Below, in pieces: positions 62,015 to 64,000 of a stretch of 64,000 nucleotides of DNA. Position numbers and translations under genes: made by a program. The notes beneath the pieces were generated by a model that was not told the origin of the DNA, ran no database searches, and saw only the letters and a program-made list of their open reading frames with translations. The DNA lies in contig OZ245020.1 of assembly GCA_965223865.1 (NCBI GenBank), positions 928,001-992,000 of the forward strand, given 5' to 3'. Each line of letters begins with the position of its first letter. Position 1 is the stretch's first letter. Origin of the DNA: Nitrosarchaeum sp. Its GTDB lineage: Archaea > Thermoproteota > Nitrososphaeria > Nitrososphaerales > Nitrosopumilaceae.

Positions 62015-63460
62015 CTAAATCCGTTTTCTAACTTGCCATATTACTATTACAGGTACTACCAAATACATTCCAATATTCATTAAAATTACTCCAATACCAT
62101 ATCCTAAAACCTCCTCTTCAGAGTCTGCCATTGACATTATAGAAAGAGATGACAACATTGGAGTTATTCCAATCTTTACTAGTTCTTTGAATGCTGGGTT
62201 TTCTCTTTCATAGTCTGCAATGTATGGTGAAAATGAATAGTATGCCTGGTTGAATCCTGTCATAAATGAAGCACCAGAGTTTGTTGTCATTACCTTGCCA
62301 TCTCTGATTTCCCTCAATAACTGTACTTGGGGTGCCATCTCAGAGCCATACGTTGCAGTTGCAATTAGACAACCACCTCCTTCCATTCCAAAAAAACTAT
62401 CTTGATTTTCCTCTTTTACACATTGACCATCTTTGAAAATCATGCCTGACTCACATTGAATTTCTTGCACAACAGATGTTTTATTTGAAATAACAGTAAT
62501 AGTTTGAACAGCACTGTCAGCATCAGTATATGTTATTGCAATATTGTTAGGATCCCTTATTTCTGAAAACCTGGCCTGAAAATTATGCGTTCCCCCACCG
62601 ACAAAAATATTCTCAGACCATTCATTAGGCTGAATTTTTGCTTGTGGTAATCCATCAACATAGATCTCTACTGAATGCATGAGCAATGTAATGGGTATTT
62701 GCAAGTCATCAGTAAGTATAGTTTTGACTTTGACATGCTCTGATAGGTCTCCTTGATTTACCTGTAAGTGCAAATTAGTAGGAACAATCTTTTGCAACTG
62801 GATTTGCTTGGCGACATTTTGGGTTTGAATATCAGAGGTGTGTTCCCCCAGGGGTATTTTGGCAATTGCTAGATTGACGTTTCCTCCATTTTTCATTTTG
62901 ATTATGACATTCATCTCAACTTTGAGTGAATCAAATGCTCCAATATTCTCATTTACAAACACTTGGAATTTTCTAACATCTTCTGAATCAAACAATACTG
63001 ATTCTGGAGTTATCGTAGCTGGCCCTCTGATTATAGGCTGTATCTGAATGTGTGGCATTGCAAAAACCTGGCCTACCAAGCTTTCTGGTATCTCTATAGT
63101 TTTTTCTTCACCAATTTTTAATTCGTCTTCAAAGGTACCCAGTATTTTTTCATCTTGCAAAAATATTGTAACAAGCTTTCCTGGTTTATTTGCTGTAACC
63201 AATATATCAAAATCACTTCCTGCATGAACCAATTCTGTACTAAGTATCTCTAAAGGAATAGAATATTCCATTTGAACTGAAAAAGTGCCATAGAGAGGAA
63301 CATATTGAGAATAAACAGTATCTTGTCCTTTGATTTCATGTTGATTGCTCGACTCTTGCGCAAATATGTTATCGTATGAATTACCCAATACCACAATCAT
63401 GAACGAGAATACCAAAAATACAACACAGAGTTTATCGATAGATCCTGTAGCTAAATTCAC
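62015..63460 (-). CDS. Surface protein with CFI-box-CTERM domain
   Basis: GGGCLIATATYGSEMAPQVQLLREIRD..YYSFSP plus C-terminal TM. Confidence 0.88.
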   Translation of the reverse strand: MNLATGSIDKLCVVFLVFSFMIVVLGNSYDNIFAQESSNQHEIKGQDTVYSQYVPLYGTFSVQMEYSIPLEILSTELVHAGSDFDILVTANKPGKLVTIFLQDEKILGTFEDELKIGEEKTIEIPESLVGQVFAMPHIQIQPIIRGPATITPESVLFDSEDVRKFQVFVNENIGAFDSLKVEMNVIIKMKNGGNVNLAIAKIPLGEHTSDIQTQNVAKQIQLQKIVPTNLHLQVNQGDLSEHVKVKTILTDDLQIPITLLMHSVEIYVDGLPQAKIQPNEWSENIFVGGGTHNFQARFSEIRDPNNIAITYTDADSAVQTITVISNKTSVVQEIQCESGMIFKDGQCVKEENQDSFFGMEGGGCLIATATYGSEMAPQVQLLREIRDGKVMTTNSGASFMTGFNQAYYSFSPYIADYERENPAFKELVKIGITPMLSSLSIMSMADSEEEVLGYGIGVILMNIGMYLVVPVIVIWQVRKRI

Positions 63461-63461
63461 T

Positions 63462-63989
63462 CTAAATCTTATCCAAAATTTTCCTTTTCTTTTCTCTAAA
63501 CTCTTTTTCTGTAATTATGCCTGATTTTCTCAATTCTCCTAGTTTTTCTAAAATGAGTAAATTTTTTTCAGAAGTTGATTTGATTGATTTTCCTGCCTTT
63601 ATCCCTTTTTTTACACCGGAAGCTGCACCCTCCTTTAGTCTTGAGCCAAAAATTCCACTTTTCCTGAGAATAGAATCACTAATGTTATGACCCTTCTTTT
63701 TTGCATCTCTTAGAAATTCTTCAGATTTTTTGACAGCAACCTCATCAACTAGCCTCTGTTTTTTTGCAAAACGTTGTAAGTCTTTGACTTTTCTTTCTAC
63801 GACTTTTTCCTGATTTTTTATATTTTTAATTATTTCATCTTTTGTTTTTTGTTTAAAACGACGCGTGTATTCTTCAATTATTAGTACTGGAAAAGGAGAA
63901 AATTCAACATCAAGATAATATTTGATAATATCATCATCTGAAATTGATTTGAGATATTCTCTGATTGATTTTTCCGATTTTAAATTCAT
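63462..63989 (-). CDS. SHOCT-domain protein
   Basis: C-terminal LEKLGELRKSGIITEKEFREKKRKIL. Confidence 0.75.
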   Translation of the reverse strand: MNLKSEKSIREYLKSISDDDIIKYYLDVEFSPFPVLIIEEYTRRFKQKTKDEIIKNIKNQEKVVERKVKDLQRFAKKQRLVDEVAVKKSEEFLRDAKKKGHNISDSILRKSGIFGSRLKEGAASGVKKGIKAGKSIKSTSEKNLLILEKLGELRKSGIITEKEFREKKRKILDKI

Positions 63990-64000
63990 GTATTTAATTC

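Overview
AT-rich chromosomal window from an ammonia-oxidising archaeon (Nitrosopumilus-like Nitrososphaerota), inferred from gene content: mre11-herA-nurA, nadX/nadA/nadC, rpoE1/spt4, cdc48, EF-1beta, pth2, truD, pdaD, cupredoxins, and PEF-CTERM and CFI-box-CTERM proteins. Most of it is housekeeping sequence with small accessory islets. I saw no rRNA, CRISPR array, transposase or integrase. RNA features are tRNA-Thr(UGU), a clear C/D-box sRNA, a candidate promoter-bearing GC-rich ncRNA, a structured leader on the DEAD-box helicase, and a tRNA-Ala 3' fragment that may be an att scar. The most unusual items are: (1) a 38.9-44.5 kb islet with a protealysin-emfourin pair, a PEF-CTERM-anchored subtilase and a signal-less copper radical oxidase; (2) a GGQ-bearing eRF1 paralog lacking stop-codon recognition motifs; (3) a GTTAAC element at the identical position (-41..-36) upstream of three accessory genes; (4) several Cys/His microproteins missed by the ORF track. 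Four genes are split by apparent single-base deletions, most likely sequencing errors. All family calls come from motif recognition by eye, not from database searches.
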